A DNA stretch of 62,026 nt, filler included, from 6 parts of 6 records of this genome joined end to end with filler, not necessarily neighbours in it; one strand, 5' to 3'. Positions 1 to 11,750 are shown, numbered from the whole stretch's first letter. Numbers and translations: made by a program. The notes: generated by a model not told the origin, from the letters alone.

Positions 1-95
1 AACCAGCATCTTGAGGTTACTTAGGTATATCACAAGCCTTTGAAGAAATTGAGCTCGTAAACAGTTCTGACGAGATAGGCTGCAATGAATAGAAG

Positions 96-1028
96 TTATC
101 GAACAGGTTGATACAGGAAAGGCTGTTCAATGAGAGCCCCTTGGGGGCCATCACGATCGAGAGTTTTGCCGATTTCTGTCATTGCTAACCAGCGATTTTC
201 ACACCAAAGCGGAGATAAAAGCGTTGGGCGACGAGCAGCAGAAGAGACACGATGATAAACCACTTCAGGCGGAGTTAAACGAATCATTTCACTGGCAATG
301 GCCACGTAATCTTCCAGTGACGGCGCTTCAAGTCGACCCGCTCGCCACGCTTTTGCCATGGTACTGCCTTCGACGATATGCAGACTATGCAGTTTGATAC
401 CATCAGTCCCTACTGCTAACACCTTATTTAACGTTTCGATGTTGTCATCGCGAGTTTCTTTCGGCAGCCCGACAATGAGATGGGTACAGACCTTGATGCC
501 CAGATCGCGTGCGCGCTGAGTAATTTCTGCATAACAATCGAAATCATGGCCACGGTTAATGTGCTTTAAAGTTCGGTCGTTGGCTGTTTGAAGACCAAGT
601 TCAAGCCAGATTTCATAGCCTTGCTCAACGTAGCTCGATAGCAAGTCTAAAACCGCATCAGGTACACAGTCAGGGCGAGTTCCCACGCATAGGCCAACGA
701 TATCCGCCGCTTTCAAAGCTTGTTCGTACATATTCTTTAGCGTTTGAACTTCCGCATAAGTACTGGTGTAAGCCTGAAAATAAGCCAGATACTTACGCGC
801 ACGATGTATTTCCCCGGCTCTATCTTTTAGCTGCTCTTCTATCGACTGAACTTGAGTTTCTTCGTCAACAAAAGAAGCGACATTGCAAAAAGTGCAGCCC
901 CCTCTACCAATAGTGCCGTCACGGTTCGGGCAACTAAAGCCACCATGTAACGTTAATTTATGAACACGTTCTCCATAACGACGTTGAAGATCTTGTCCAA
1001 TAGTATTGACTAGCTCATGTAGCTGCAT
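96..1028 (-). CDS. yhcC: TIGR01212-family radical SAM protein
   Basis: GGFSCPNRDGTIGRGGCTFC motif, YFQAYTSTY and GTRPDC; divergent from gltB as in Gammaproteobacteria. Confidence 0.9.
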   Translation of the reverse strand: MQLHELVNTIGQDLQRRYGERVHKLTLHGGFSCPNRDGTIGRGGCTFCNVASFVDEETQVQSIEEQLKDRAGEIHRARKYLAYFQAYTSTYAEVQTLKNMYEQALKAADIVGLCVGTRPDCVPDAVLDLLSSYVEQGYEIWLELGLQTANDRTLKHINRGHDFDCYAEITQRARDLGIKVCTHLIVGLPKETRDDNIETLNKVLAVGTDGIKLHSLHIVEGSTMAKAWRAGRLEAPSLEDYVAIASEMIRLTPPEVVYHRVSSAARRPTLLSPLWCENRWLAMTEIGKTLDRDGPQGALIEQPFLYQPVR

Positions 1029-1562
1029 GTTGACACCAAAATTAAATGCAAATAATTATCAATGCGATCTATGTAATTTAATTACAATTAGTTCTAAAAT
1101 TTGAAAGCAATTTTAATAAGTCAAACCTAATAGCACCCCAAGCAAAATCAATAAACATTCACAAAATAAGCATTTAAGCCTCCATGTTATGCATATGTTA
1201 AAATTCTTATGCATTTTGAAACAAAAAAATGCTCATTTTAGCTGAGTTTTCGTTGGAATTTCGTGCAACAAAAATGTAGGATACTTACAGTTTTGCGCTG
1301 GATTTTGTTTATTTTATTACACAAAGACCTGCTAAACATCTGTGATAATCCGTTCCTACCTATATAAATCACTACGAAAGTGAACATGATTATTGGATAT
1401 CACTAAGGATTGTTTTTCTCACAACACTTTTCCGTGAGAGACCGAAAGGATGCGAACCAACTAGCACTGGTTGGTTTAGATTCATAAATTATAAAAGGAT
1501 GGATGCAAAGCTGAGGCTTGCCTTGGTCAAATTGCGTCCGCTTGAACTGGAAGGAAGTATCT

Positions 1563-4500
1563 ATGGTAGATAGACAGCAAAATCCGCAAGGGCTTTATAC
1601 TCCGGAGCTGGAGCATGATGCTTGTGGGATTGGTTTTGTTGCCCACCTAAAAAACCGTAAGTCTCACCACGTGGTTACACAGGCTTTAGACATGCTAGCG
1701 CGCATGGAACACCGTGGTGGTCAAGGTTGTGACCCATGTAGTGGTGATGGCGCTGGTATTTTATTGCAAAAACCCCATGAATTTTTACTCGAAGAAGCCG
1801 TGAAGCTTGGTATTAAGCTGCCTTCATTCGAGAAGTATGGCGTTGGTGTCATGCTATTCCCTAAAGATGAGTACAAGCGTGCACAATGTCGTGACATTTT
1901 TGAACGCAATGCCCGCCGTCTGGATCTAGACGTGTTAGGTTACCGTGTTCTACCAACCGACAACTCAATGCTAGGGGCTGACCCACTAAGCACAGAGCCG
2001 CAGTTTGAACATGTATTCATTTCAGCCGCTCCAGGTGTTACACCTGAAGAATTAGAACGTAAGCTATACGTACTTCGTAACTATACTGTACGCGTGTGCT
2101 TAGAAAGCGTTTCTAACATTAAAGACGAATTCTACATTAACTCAATGTCATACAAGACATTGGTTTATAAAGGCCAGCTAACCACTGAGCAAGTTCCACA
2201 GTACTTCTTAGACTTGCAGAACCCAACAATGGTAACGGCTCTGGCTCTTGTTCACTCTCGCTTCTCAACCAACACATTCCCAAGATGGCGTCTGGCTCAG
2301 CCTTTCCGTTACATCGCGCACAACGGTGAAATCAACACGGTTCGCGGTAACTTGAACTGGATGAAAGCGCGTGAAGCCATCCTTAAATCAGACCTATTTA
2401 CCCAGCCTGAAATCGATATGCTATTGCCTATCTGCCAGGAAGGTATGTCTGATTCCGCTAACTTCGATATGGCGCTAGAACTACTTGTTCTTTCAGGTCG
2501 TAGCTTGCCACACGCATTAATGATGATGATTCCTGAAGCGTGGCAAGAAAACAAAAACATGGATCCAACTCGCCGTGCGTTCTACCGTTACCACGCGAAC
2601 ATTATGGAACCGTGGGATGGCCCAGCATCTGTTTGTTTCACCGATGGTGTTCAAGTAGGTGCAACGCTTGACCGTAACGGTCTTCGTCCTTCTCGCTACA
2701 CAGTGACAAAAGATGACTTCCTAGTGATGGCGTCTGAGTCAGGCGTGGTTGAAATCGCACCAGAGAACGTAGAGTTCCGTGGTCGTCTGCAACCTGGCCG
2801 TATCTTCGTTGCTGACCTTGAGCAAGGCCGTATCATTTCTGATGAAGAAGTGAAAGACAGCATTGCAACAGCACAACCATACGAGAAATGGGTTGAAGAC
2901 AACCTGCTAAGCCTGAAGAGCTTACCAGAAGCAGACAACACACACAGCCAGCCAAATCCTGACCGTTTGCTGCACCGTCAGCAATCGTTTGGTGTGAGCA
3001 CAGAAGAAGTGAACGAAATCATCGTGCCAATGGCGAACGATGGAAAAGAGCCACTATCTGCAATGGGTGCCGACTGGCCACTCGCGATTCTGTCACACCA
3101 GTCGCAACATCTGGCGAACTACTTCAAACAGTTATTTGCACAGGTAACCAACCCGCCGATCGACCCGATCCGTGAGCGTATGGTTATGTCGCTGAATACT
3201 TATATCGGTAAAGATCAAAACTTACTGGCAGAGTCTCCGACCCACTGTCGTAAAGTTGAGTTGGAATCTCCGGTTATCTCTAACGCTGAGCTGGAAAAGC
3301 TACGTGCGATTGATAACGAACACTTACAAGCGAAAACGCTGGATATCGTTTTCCAAGCTAGTGAAGACCCAGGTAAGTTAGAGCGCGCGCTTAAGCGTAT
3401 CTGTCAGTATGCAGAAGACGCCGTTATCGATGGTTACTCAATCATCCTGCTAACAGACCGTGCGGTTAACTCAAACCACGCAGCCATTCCTGCAATGCTG
3501 GCAGTGGGCGCAGTACACCACCACCTAATTCGTAAAGGCTTACGTGCTCGTTGTGGCATTGTGGTTGAAACGGGTGATGCACGTGAAACTCACCACTTTG
3601 CAACCTTACTTGGTTACGGTGCAAACGCGGTAAACCCTTACTTGGTATCTGAAACGCTGGTTGATTTGCAGCGTCGCAACAAACTCGATTCAGAAACACC
3701 TGTTGAAAAGCTATTCGATAACTATCGTAAAGCGGTCAACGGTGGTCTGTTGAAAATCTTCTCTAAAATGGGGATTTCAACACTTCAGTCTTACCACGGT
3801 GCGCAAATCTTTGAAGCTCTGGGTATTCACAAAACTGTGGTTGATAAATACTTCACGGGTACGGTTTCTCGTATTCAGGGTTTGACACTGGATGATATTG
3901 CAAAAGAAGTGGTGGTTCGTCATCGTGTTGGTTATCCAACTCGCGAAATCCCAGTTCGTATGCTTGATGTCGGCGGTGTTTATCAGTGGAAACAGCGTGG
4001 TGAAAAACACCTGTTCAACCCTGAAACAATTAGTTTGCTACAACAGTCAACTCGTAACAAAGATTACTCGCAGTTCAAGCAATACGCTGCAGCAGTTGAT
4101 AAACAAGGCGATGATGCTGTTACGCTTCGTAGTCAGCTTGAATTCGCTAAAAACCCAGCTGGTTCGATCCCGCTAAGTGAAGTTGAGCCAATTGAAAGCA
4201 TCGTTAAGCGTTTCGCAACAGGTGCAATGTCGTTTGGTTCTATCTCTCACGAAGCACACTCAACACTAGCGATTGCGATGAACCGTCTAGGCGCGAAATC
4301 GAACTCAGGTGAAGGTGGTGAAGACCCAATACGTTTTGAACGTAAAGAAAACGGCGATTGGGAACGCTCTGCAATCAAACAGGTAGCATCAGGCCGTTTC
4401 GGTGTAACTTCATACTACCTGACTAACGCGGACGAGCTACAAATCAAGATGGCTCAAGGTGCGAAACCTGGTGAAGGTGGTCAGCTACCGGGCGACAAAG

Positions 4501-6101
4501 TCGACGACTGGATCGGTGCGACTCGTCACTCAACTCCAGGAGTTGGTTTAATTTCTCCACCGCCACACCACGATATCTACTCTATCGAAGATTTGGCTCA
4601 GCTAATCTACGATTTGAAAAATGCAAACCGTACTGGCCGCGTGAACGTTAAGCTGGTTTCAGAAGCGGGTGTCGGTACTATCGCTTCAGGTGTAGCAAAA
4701 GCGAAAGCAGACGTTGTTCTTATTGCTGGTTTCGACGGTGGTACTGGTGCATCGCCAATGTCTTCAATCCGCCATACTGGTCTTCCATGGGAGCTAGGTT
4801 TGGCTGAAACTCACCAAACGCTACTGAAGAACGGTCTACGTAACCGTATCGTCGTTCAGGCTGATGGTCAGATGAAAACGCCACGCGATTTAGCAGTTGC
4901 AACCCTGCTTGGTGCTGAAGAATGGGGTGTAGCAACAGCAGCTCTAGTTGTTGAAGGTTGTATTATGATGCGTAAGTGTCATAAAAATACTTGCCCTGTT
5001 GGTATCGCAACGCAAAACAAAACGCTTCGTGAACGCTTTGACGGCCGCGTAGACGACGTAATTACTTTCTTCCAGTACATGGCTGAAGGTCTGCGCGAAA
5101 TTATGGCTGAACTTGGTTTCCGCACTATCGAAGAGATGGTTGGCCAAGGTCAGAAACTGAAACCTCGTCAGAACGTTTCACACTGGAAATATAAGAACCT
5201 TGATCTGTCGCCTGTTCTTCACATCGAACAAGCACGTGCAGAAGACGGAATCTTTAACCAGACACAGCAAAACCATAATCTTGATGACGTATTGGACCGC
5301 AAGCTAATCAAGATTGCAGCACCAGCGCTTGAGCGTGGTGAAGCAATCAATGCTGAACTTCCAATCATCAACACCGACCGCTCTGCGGGCACTATGCTGT
5401 CGAATGAAATTTCGAAAGTGTACAAAGACCAAGGTCTGCCTCAACCAATGAATGTGAAGTTCACCGGTTCTGCTGGCCAATCGTTCGGTGCATTCCTTGC
5501 GAAAGGTGTGACATTCGAAGTGGAAGGTGACGCGAATGACTACTGGGGTAAAGGCCTGTCTGGCGGTACGCTGATTCTTTACCCAGACGCGAAATCAACC
5601 ATCATTCCTGAAGACAATATCGTTGTGGGTAACGTATGTTTCTACGGCGCAACGTCCGGTGAATCATTCATCCGTGGTATGGCTGGTGAACGTTTCTGTG
5701 TACGTAACTCTGGTGCAAAAGTCGTAGTAGAAGGTGTCGGTGACCATGGTTGTGAATACATGACTGGTGGTGCTGCGATTATCCTTGGCTCAACAGGTCG
5801 CAACTTTGCGGCGGGTATGAGCGGCGGTGTCGCTTATGTTTGGGATAAGTCTGGTGACTTTGAATCTAAACTGAACCCAGAACTTGTCGACCTTGATCCA
5901 ATCGAACAAGAAGACAAAGACCTACTACTAGATATGCTAACCAAGCACGTTAAATTCACAGGAAGTGAAGTGGCTAAGTCGTTCCTTGATAACTTTGAAG
6001 CAAGCCTAACCTCGATGGTTAAGGTTATGCCGCGTGACTACAAAGCGGTTCTTCAAAAGCGCAAGGCACAAGCACTACAGACAGAAGCGGAGGCAGTATA
6101 A
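1563..6101 (+). CDS. gltB: Glutamate synthase large subunit
   Basis: EHDACGIGF N-terminal amidotransferase Cys, FMN-domain IKMAQGAKPGEGGQLPG, CIMMRKCHKNTCPVG 3Fe-4S motif; start moved from TTG 1518 to ATG 1563, which has a GAAGGAAG SD. Confidence 0.97.
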   Translation: MVDRQQNPQGLYTPELEHDACGIGFVAHLKNRKSHHVVTQALDMLARMEHRGGQGCDPCSGDGAGILLQKPHEFLLEEAVKLGIKLPSFEKYGVGVMLFPKDEYKRAQCRDIFERNARRLDLDVLGYRVLPTDNSMLGADPLSTEPQFEHVFISAAPGVTPEELERKLYVLRNYTVRVCLESVSNIKDEFYINSMSYKTLVYKGQLTTEQVPQYFLDLQNPTMVTALALVHSRFSTNTFPRWRLAQPFRYIAHNGEINTVRGNLNWMKAREAILKSDLFTQPEIDMLLPICQEGMSDSANFDMALELLVLSGRSLPHALMMMIPEAWQENKNMDPTRRAFYRYHANIMEPWDGPASVCFTDGVQVGATLDRNGLRPSRYTVTKDDFLVMASESGVVEIAPENVEFRGRLQPGRIFVADLEQGRIISDEEVKDSIATAQPYEKWVEDNLLSLKSLPEADNTHSQPNPDRLLHRQQSFGVSTEEVNEIIVPMANDGKEPLSAMGADWPLAILSHQSQHLANYFKQLFAQVTNPPIDPIRERMVMSLNTYIGKDQNLLAESPTHCRKVELESPVISNAELEKLRAIDNEHLQAKTLDIVFQASEDPGKLERALKRICQYAEDAVIDGYSIILLTDRAVNSNHAAIPAMLAVGAVHHHLIRKGLRARCGIVVETGDARETHHFATLLGYGANAVNPYLVSETLVDLQRRNKLDSETPVEKLFDNYRKAVNGGLLKIFSKMGISTLQSYHGAQIFEALGIHKTVVDKYFTGTVSRIQGLTLDDIAKEVVVRHRVGYPTREIPVRMLDVGGVYQWKQRGEKHLFNPETISLLQQSTRNKDYSQFKQYAAAVDKQGDDAVTLRSQLEFAKNPAGSIPLSEVEPIESIVKRFATGAMSFGSISHEAHSTLAIAMNRLGAKSNSGEGGEDPIRFERKENGDWERSAIKQVASGRFGVTSYYLTNADELQIKMAQGAKPGEGGQLPGDKVDDWIGATRHSTPGVGLISPPPHHDIYSIEDLAQLIYDLKNANRTGRVNVKLVSEAGVGTIASGVAKAKADVVLIAGFDGGTGASPMSSIRHTGLPWELGLAETHQTLLKNGLRNRIVVQADGQMKTPRDLAVATLLGAEEWGVATAALVVEGCIMMRKCHKNTCPVGIATQNKTLRERFDGRVDDVITFFQYMAEGLREIMAELGFRTIEEMVGQGQKLKPRQNVSHWKYKNLDLSPVLHIEQARAEDGIFNQTQQNHNLDDVLDRKLIKIAAPALERGEAINAELPIINTDRSAGTMLSNEISKVYKDQGLPQPMNVKFTGSAGQSFGAFLAKGVTFEVEGDANDYWGKGLSGGTLILYPDAKSTIIPEDNIVVGNVCFYGATSGESFIRGMAGERFCVRNSGAKVVVEGVGDHGCEYMTGGAAIILGSTGRNFAAGMSGGVAYVWDKSGDFESKLNPELVDLDPIEQEDKDLLLDMLTKHVKFTGSEVAKSFLDNFEASLTSMVKVMPRDYKAVLQKRKAQALQTEAEAV

Positions 6102-7555
6102 TGGGTAAGCCTACTGGATTTTTAGAGCATGGCCGTGAGCTTCCACAGAAGCTTGACCCGGCTGAGCGTATTAAGAACAACAAAGAGTTCGTCCTAAACG
6201 ATGAGTTTGGCAGCAAAATTAATACTCAGGCTTCTCGTTGTATGGATTGTGGCGTGCCGTTTTGTCATAACGGCTGCCCTATCGGTAACATCATTCCTGA
6301 GTTTAATGATGCGGTTTACCGTGATAGCTGGGAAGAGGCTTGGAACATTCTAAGCTCAACCAACAACTTCCCTGAGTTTACAGGTCGTGTATGTCCGGCA
6401 CCATGCGAAAGCGCATGTGTGCTAGGTATCAACCAGGATCCAATCACTATCTGTAACATCGAGAAAACGATTGTTGAAACAGCTTACCGTGAAGGTTACG
6501 CGAAGCCGAAAACGCCGCGTACTCGTACCGGTAAGAAAGTCGCGATCATCGGTTCAGGCCCTGCGGGTCTGGCTGCTGCAGAACAATTAAACAGCGCTGG
6601 TCACTCAGTCACTGTTTATGAACGTGATGAAAAAGTTGGCGGCTTGCTACGTTTCGGTATCCCTGATTTCAAACTGAGCATGGAAGTAATCGATCGTAAG
6701 ATCGACATGATGGCTCAAGCGGGCGTTCAATTTGAAGTGAATGCACATGTGGGTGTTGATATTAACGCTCAACAGCTACGTCAGGAATTTGATGCGGTAC
6801 TGCTAACGGGTGGTTCAACGGTCCCTCGTGATTTACCTATTCCGGGTCGTGAACTGAATGGCGTTTATTTCGCAATGCAGTTCCTTGGACAAAACAACCG
6901 TCGAGCCAATAACATGGATCTTAAAACAAAAGAGATCCACGCAAAAGGTAAGCACGTTGTGGTTATTGGTGGTGGTGATACAGGTTCTGACTGTGTAGGT
7001 ACTTCTAACCGTCACGGTGCGGCAAGTATCACTCAGGTTGAGATCATGCCAATACCAGCAGACAAACGTCCTGCCAACATGCCTTGGCCACAGTACCCAA
7101 TGATTCTGCGCACGTCGACTTCTCACGAAGAAGGCTGTGAGCGTCACTGGAACATCCTGACCAAAGAATTTATCGGCAACGATAAAGGTGAAGTAACGGG
7201 ATTACGTGTTGCTGACATCGTTTGGGACGATTCAAGAAACTTCAAAGAAGTTGAAGGCAGTGAGCGTGTGCTTCCTTGTGATATGGCGTTTCTAGCTATG
7301 GGCTTCTTGCACCCTGAACCACACGGTGTACTTGCTCAACTTGATATTGAGCTGGATGATCGAGGCAACGTTGCAACGAAAGGCTTTGCGACTAACCAAG
7401 AAGGCGTATTCGCTGCAGGTGATATGCGTACAGGCCAGTCTCTGGTTGTACGTTGTATCAACGAAGGCCGCGAATGTGCACGTTCTGTCGATGAGTTCCT
7501 GATGGGCAATACTCATCTGGAAGCGAAAGCAGACTCCTTAATGCTTTCAGCATAA
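6101..7555 (+). CDS. gltD: Glutamate synthase small subunit
   Basis: MGKPTGF start, [10 protein letters not shown] and GRVCPAPCE Fe-S motifs, GSGPAG Rossmann motif; TAATG coupling to gltB. Confidence 0.97.
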   Translation: MGKPTGFLEHGRELPQKLDPAERIKNNKEFVLNDEFGSKINTQASRCMDCGVPFCHNGCPIGNIIPEFNDAVYRDSWEEAWNILSSTNNFPEFTGRVCPAPCESACVLGINQDPITICNIEKTIVETAYREGYAKPKTPRTRTGKKVAIIGSGPAGLAAAEQLNSAGHSVTVYERDEKVGGLLRFGIPDFKLSMEVIDRKIDMMAQAGVQFEVNAHVGVDINAQQLRQEFDAVLLTGGSTVPRDLPIPGRELNGVYFAMQFLGQNNRRANNMDLKTKEIHAKGKHVVVIGGGDTGSDCVGTSNRHGAASITQVEIMPIPADKRPANMPWPQYPMILRTSTSHEEGCERHWNILTKEFIGNDKGEVTGLRVADIVWDDSRNFKEVEGSERVLPCDMAFLAMGFLHPEPHGVLAQLDIELDDRGNVATKGFATNQEGVFAAGDMRTGQSLVVRCINEGRECARSVDEFLMGNTHLEAKADSLMLSA

Positions 7556-7641
7556 AGGTTTTTAGTGAGGTGAGAACTCAGTGAATAAAACTACATCTCA
7601 CCTCTAAAAACCACCATAAGTTTCATATAAACCTTCCACTT

Positions 7642-7668
7642 GGCTAGCATATACTGCTAGCCTTTTTT
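7642..7668 (+). terminator. Rho-independent terminator of gltBD
   Basis: GGCTAGCA-N5-TGCTAGCC followed by a T run. Confidence 0.8.
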
Positions 7669-8004
7669 ATTTTTTCTCATCACTTGAGATTCGCAATGTT
7701 AATAAAGTGTAAACACCAAAACCTACTTAATTGAATTTACTGATAATTTTCAGACTAATCAGCGGTAAATATTACTCAAGCATGATTTTCATCCAATAAC
7801 TTGACCTTTTTCACAATAAGCTATAGCTTGTGAACTCATTGAAAAGAAACTGCTCATAATTGTTAATCTTTTACTCAATTCTTATAAATAAATATCCATA
7901 AATAATAACAATTATACCTATCTGGATAAGTTAATGTTCAGATGATTGCGTAGAGAAAAATGCTAAGAACAAGACATAGATTGCAGCTAACTAGTTATTC
8001 TAAT

Positions 8005-8104
8005 NNNNNNNNNNNNNNNNNNNNNNNNNNNNNNNNNNNNNNNNNNNNTTAATTAATTAANNNNNNNNNNNNNNNNNNNNNNNNNNNNNNNNNNNNNNNN
8101 NNNN
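8005..8104. other. Artificial contig linker
   Basis: 100 bp of N flanking TTAATTAATTAA. Confidence 0.98.
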
Positions 8105-8108
8105 AATG

Positions 8109-8199
8109 TGGCGGAGAGATAGGGATTTGAACCCTAGATACGCTATTAACGTATGCCGGTTTTCAAGACCGGTGCTTTCAACCACTCAGCCATCTCTCC
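8109..8199 (-). tRNA. tRNA-Ser(TGA)
   Basis: Reverse complement GGAGAGATGGCTGAGTGG...CCGGT-CT-TGA-AA-ACCGG, long variable arm, GGTTCAAATCC, CCA end. Confidence 0.96.
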
Positions 8200-8411
8200 G
8201 TTGTTGAGACGCATAATATAGGGGTCTCAAAAACTTGTAAAGCCCTGAATATACTGTTTGCTCTAATAATAAGCATTTTTGCGAAACTTTTTTGGAATTG
8301 CTGATTTTAACAGCTTGAATGTTATCAGTTAGTTGAACTTATATTGGCTAAATGAGGCAAGAATATCTAAGAGTGGGTGAAGCAATGCTTTTGCATCAAC
8401 TAGCCAAAATG

Positions 8412-8442
8412 AAAAAAGCCTGTAGATTTTAAGCTACAGGCT
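8412..8442 (-). terminator. Terminator after tRNA-Pro
   Basis: AGCCTGTAG/CTACAGGCT stem with a T run on the minus strand. Confidence 0.75.
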
Positions 8443-8451
8443 CTAGGTGTA

Positions 8452-8528
8452 TGGTCGGACTGAGAGGATTTGAACCTCCGACCCCCGACACCCCATGACG
8501 GTGCGCTACCAAGCTGCGCTACAGTCCG
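8452..8528 (-). tRNA. tRNA-Pro(GGG)
   Basis: 77-nt CGGACTGTAGCGCAGC...CAT-GGG-GT...GGTTCAAATCC...CCGACCA; lies downstream of yejM like E. coli proL. Confidence 0.96.
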
Positions 8529-8590
8529 ATTCCACTAATCTAATCAGTTTTATTTTTCGCGTCAACAGTAAAGTATGTTAAATCAAAGAG

Positions 8591-10393
8591 TTAATTGTCT
8601 TTAACGTAGAAGCGTTGTAATTCGGTGAAACCTTGCATCAATACCGGAAGGGTTGGGTTTTCATCTTTTAAGCGTTGGTACTTATCATCAAATAGCTTGA
8701 AGTTACCAAACTTGTCGATAACCGTGGTGGAATCGTCAGTGATTAACGCAAGCTCTCGTGAGTCGCCTGCAAGGATCCACTTTCTCTTGGTTTCATTGAA
8801 CAGGTTTTTACCGCTGCTAAAATCACTCGGGTTTGAAGATACGCCTAATAAATCTTGCATAATGGTCACAGAGAAATCTAAGTGGCTCGAGCGGTGATTG
8901 TATGTTCCGGCAACTTTACCAGGCCAGTGAATGACTAGCGGTACCTGCAATTGGTAGCGGCTATAGTTACTGTTTGCGCCCCAGCTGTTGGTTTTGGTCT
9001 CGTTGAACTCTGTGCCGTGATTAGAGGTAATGATAACCACGGTGTTTTCAGTCAGCTTGAGCTCTTCTAACTTAGTAAACAGCTGGTTTAACTCCGCATC
9101 GGCTAGGGCAACAGAGTGATCGTATCCAGCGCGTAGGCGGTCGCTGGTTGAACCGTTTGAAGCGGAAGCATCATACTGATCAAAATTGTCTACCGTCGAT
9201 AGCTCAAGGTAACTGAACCATGGCTGTTTCTTCTGTTCTACCCATGAAGCCCAACGGATAATGGTTTGTTCGTCATGGCTGACCTCTGGATCAAACGGAG
9301 CTGTAGACGTCGGAAAGTGACGGAAAATGGTTTCCTGATAAAGAGGATCGCTAAAGTTGTCACCACTAAACAGGCCAAACTCGTATTTTTGTGATTTCAG
9401 GACATCCAACATCACAGGTGACGTACCTTGTGCTTCAATGCTGCTTGCGTAACTGCTTGGCAGTCCATAGAACAAGCCAAACAAGCCGAATGTGTCATTA
9501 CTTGAACTGTAATGATTAGTGAAGTTCAAGTTGTCGTTTGCGTACCTATAAGTGTTTGGCATTAACTCTTGGTTGAGAACATCCGCGCGCAGGTTGTTAA
9601 CGCTGATAAGTAACACGTTTAGGTTATTGGCACGACGACCAAACTTAATTGTTTCAATTGGGTAGTTAACCAAATCAACGCTGTTCTTATTCTCTTCCAG
9701 ACGCTTAAGATATTCTTCTCGATCTAATAGTCCGTGTTTTTCCATGAATGACTTAGCTGTCATTGGGTAAGAGAGCGGGAAATTCGATTTCTGGCTGGTT
9801 ACCGGGCTATAGAAATACGCATCAGACCAAACATAAATTAGGTGACTAGCAATAAAGCTGATAAAAAACACGGCAGCCAGTGGTCGACCCACACGTTTGT
9901 GAGACAGTTTACGCTGTTTGCGCCAGACCCATTCTGACAGGCCTAATTGCAGTAAGAACACTAACGGCAATACAACAAACAGGTGCTGTAAGTCGGTACG
10001 TACAGAACTGCTTTCATCACTGAATAGAAGTTCCCATACCACAGGCGTTAGGTGCAAGTTGATGGTTTGATATGCTTGAGTATCAATCAGCAGTACGGTT
10101 AGGCCAAATGTCGCGAAACAGACGGACACGAAGCGAAACAGTGATCTTGATGGAATCAAGAAGGTTAACGGAAATAGCGTTAATAGATAGATAGCGAAGA
10201 CTAAAAAGCCAAAATGACCTACCCAAGAAAGTGAAAGGTAGAGTTGACCTAAGAAGGTTTCTGGCCACGGCGATTGAGCGATGTACCTCGTACCGATAAG
10301 CATTGCTGCAATAATGTTGAAGAAAGCAAACCAGTGCCCCCAACCTACCAAACGTGATACGCGTTCGCCGTATGTGTTTCCGCTATCTACCAT
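8591..10393 (-). CDS. yejM: Inner membrane protein YejM/PbgA/LapC (DUF3413 + sulfatase-like domain)
   Basis: WGHWFAFFN N-terminus, about 5 TM segments, PLSYPMTAKSF, C-terminal sulfatase fold; yejK-yejL-yejM synteny. Confidence 0.92.
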   Translation of the reverse strand: MVDSGNTYGERVSRLVGWGHWFAFFNIIAAMLIGTRYIAQSPWPETFLGQLYLSLSWVGHFGFLVFAIYLLTLFPLTFLIPSRSLFRFVSVCFATFGLTVLLIDTQAYQTINLHLTPVVWELLFSDESSSVRTDLQHLFVVLPLVFLLQLGLSEWVWRKQRKLSHKRVGRPLAAVFFISFIASHLIYVWSDAYFYSPVTSQKSNFPLSYPMTAKSFMEKHGLLDREEYLKRLEENKNSVDLVNYPIETIKFGRRANNLNVLLISVNNLRADVLNQELMPNTYRYANDNLNFTNHYSSSNDTFGLFGLFYGLPSSYASSIEAQGTSPVMLDVLKSQKYEFGLFSGDNFSDPLYQETIFRHFPTSTAPFDPEVSHDEQTIIRWASWVEQKKQPWFSYLELSTVDNFDQYDASASNGSTSDRLRAGYDHSVALADAELNQLFTKLEELKLTENTVVIITSNHGTEFNETKTNSWGANSNYSRYQLQVPLVIHWPGKVAGTYNHRSSHLDFSVTIMQDLLGVSSNPSDFSSGKNLFNETKRKWILAGDSRELALITDDSTTVIDKFGNFKLFDDKYQRLKDENPTLPVLMQGFTELQRFYVKDN

Positions 10394-10428
10394 GTATTTT
10401 TCTATTTATCCGTTTTTATTTTATGAAT

Positions 10429-10644
10429 TCAGTCTGTTAACGAAGACATCAATGCCTGTGAAAACTTCTCTGCAATGGCTTTGCGTTGAGATGCTGCAAC
10501 GTTCTGGTTTAAAACGTTAGTAGCAACATTTCCCGCAATCATCAGGGAAAGTTCTGGAGACGCATTATGTTTATCAAGAACGGCAGCGATTTCGGTCAGG
10601 ATAGTTTCAACTTTTTCGTCGCTGTATTTCGATGTAATAGGCAT
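10429..10644 (-). CDS. yejL: YejL family protein
   Basis: [13 protein letters not shown]...[12 protein letters not shown]; synteny. Confidence 0.9.
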   Translation of the reverse strand: MPITSKYSDEKVETILTEIAAVLDKHNASPELSLMIAGNVATNVLNQNVAASQRKAIAEKFSQALMSSLTD

Positions 10645-10728
10645 AAACACTCTAATGATGATAGTAAAAACGGCTTATGATAACCTACTATGCCTTACAA
10701 CTGAAACCAGAACGATGAATATTTCACT

Positions 10729-11730
10729 ATGAGTCTGCACCTTTCCAATGTCATTTTGCATCAACTAAGCAAAAACAGTAACGATGAGTTAACGGTAACC
10801 TTCCGCCCTCAATCACTTGATAATGATACATCAACAGAAAACCTAGTATCCGAGCTTCATCGCGTTTTCAATGCTAAAGCGGGTAAAGGTTTTGGTTCTT
10901 TCAAGTCTGACAGTGATTTTCAGAACTGGTTGCAAGAAATGCGTCAAAATCAGAAGTCTTTTTATGATTTCTCCCAAATCAGTGCGCAGCGTCTCAAAGA
11001 TGAACTGGCCAAGTATCCTTTTGCTGATGAAGGGATCTTAGTCATGGCTGAATATCAGTCATTGGCGACCGATTATCTATTGATTGGTATTTTGCCTTTG
11101 AACCAGAGCTTGAAGGTGACCGAAGGTCTAGATATTAGCGCGACAGACTATTTAGATATCAACAAAATGGACATCGTTGCGCGTATTGATTTGTCGAGTT
11201 ATGAAACAGACAAAGAGTCCAATCGTTACCTGACTTATATTAAAGGGCGAGTAGGACGTAAAGTGGCAGACTTTTTCTTGGACTTTATGCAAGCGGAAGT
11301 CGGTCTGGATGCCAAAGAGCAAAACAAAGTGCTGATGCAGGCGGTAGAAGATTTCTGTAGCGACTCTAAACTCGAGAAAGACGAAGCGATTAGCTACAAA
11401 AAGCAAGTTTACGACTACTGTAATGAACAGATTAAAGCGGGTGATGAAGTACAAGTTAAAGAGTTGTCTGGGGAGTTGCCGTCAAGTCAAGACGGTACTA
11501 GCTTTGTGGAATTCACTGAACAACATGGCTATGAGTTAGAAGAAAGCTTTCCTGCTGACCGCTCGGCGATGAGAAAGTTAACCAAATACGTCGGTGCTGG
11601 TGGCGGTTTAAACATTAGTTTTGACAGTTTACTTATGGGCGAGCGAGTATTTTACGATCCAGAAACCGATACCTTAACCATTAAAGGCACACCGCCTAAC
11701 TTGCGTGATCAGTTGACTCGAAAAAGTTAA
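10729..11730 (+). CDS. yejK: Nucleoid-associated protein YejK/NdpA
   Basis: GRVGRKVADFFLDF and TLTIKGTPPNLRDQL motifs. Confidence 0.93.
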   Translation: MSLHLSNVILHQLSKNSNDELTVTFRPQSLDNDTSTENLVSELHRVFNAKAGKGFGSFKSDSDFQNWLQEMRQNQKSFYDFSQISAQRLKDELAKYPFADEGILVMAEYQSLATDYLLIGILPLNQSLKVTEGLDISATDYLDINKMDIVARIDLSSYETDKESNRYLTYIKGRVGRKVADFFLDFMQAEVGLDAKEQNKVLMQAVEDFCSDSKLEKDEAISYKKQVYDYCNEQIKAGDEVQVKELSGELPSSQDGTSFVEFTEQHGYELEESFPADRSAMRKLTKYVGAGGGLNISFDSLLMGERVFYDPETDTLTIKGTPPNLRDQLTRKS

Positions 11731-11750
11731 TTGCCTATAGCGAAGAATAT

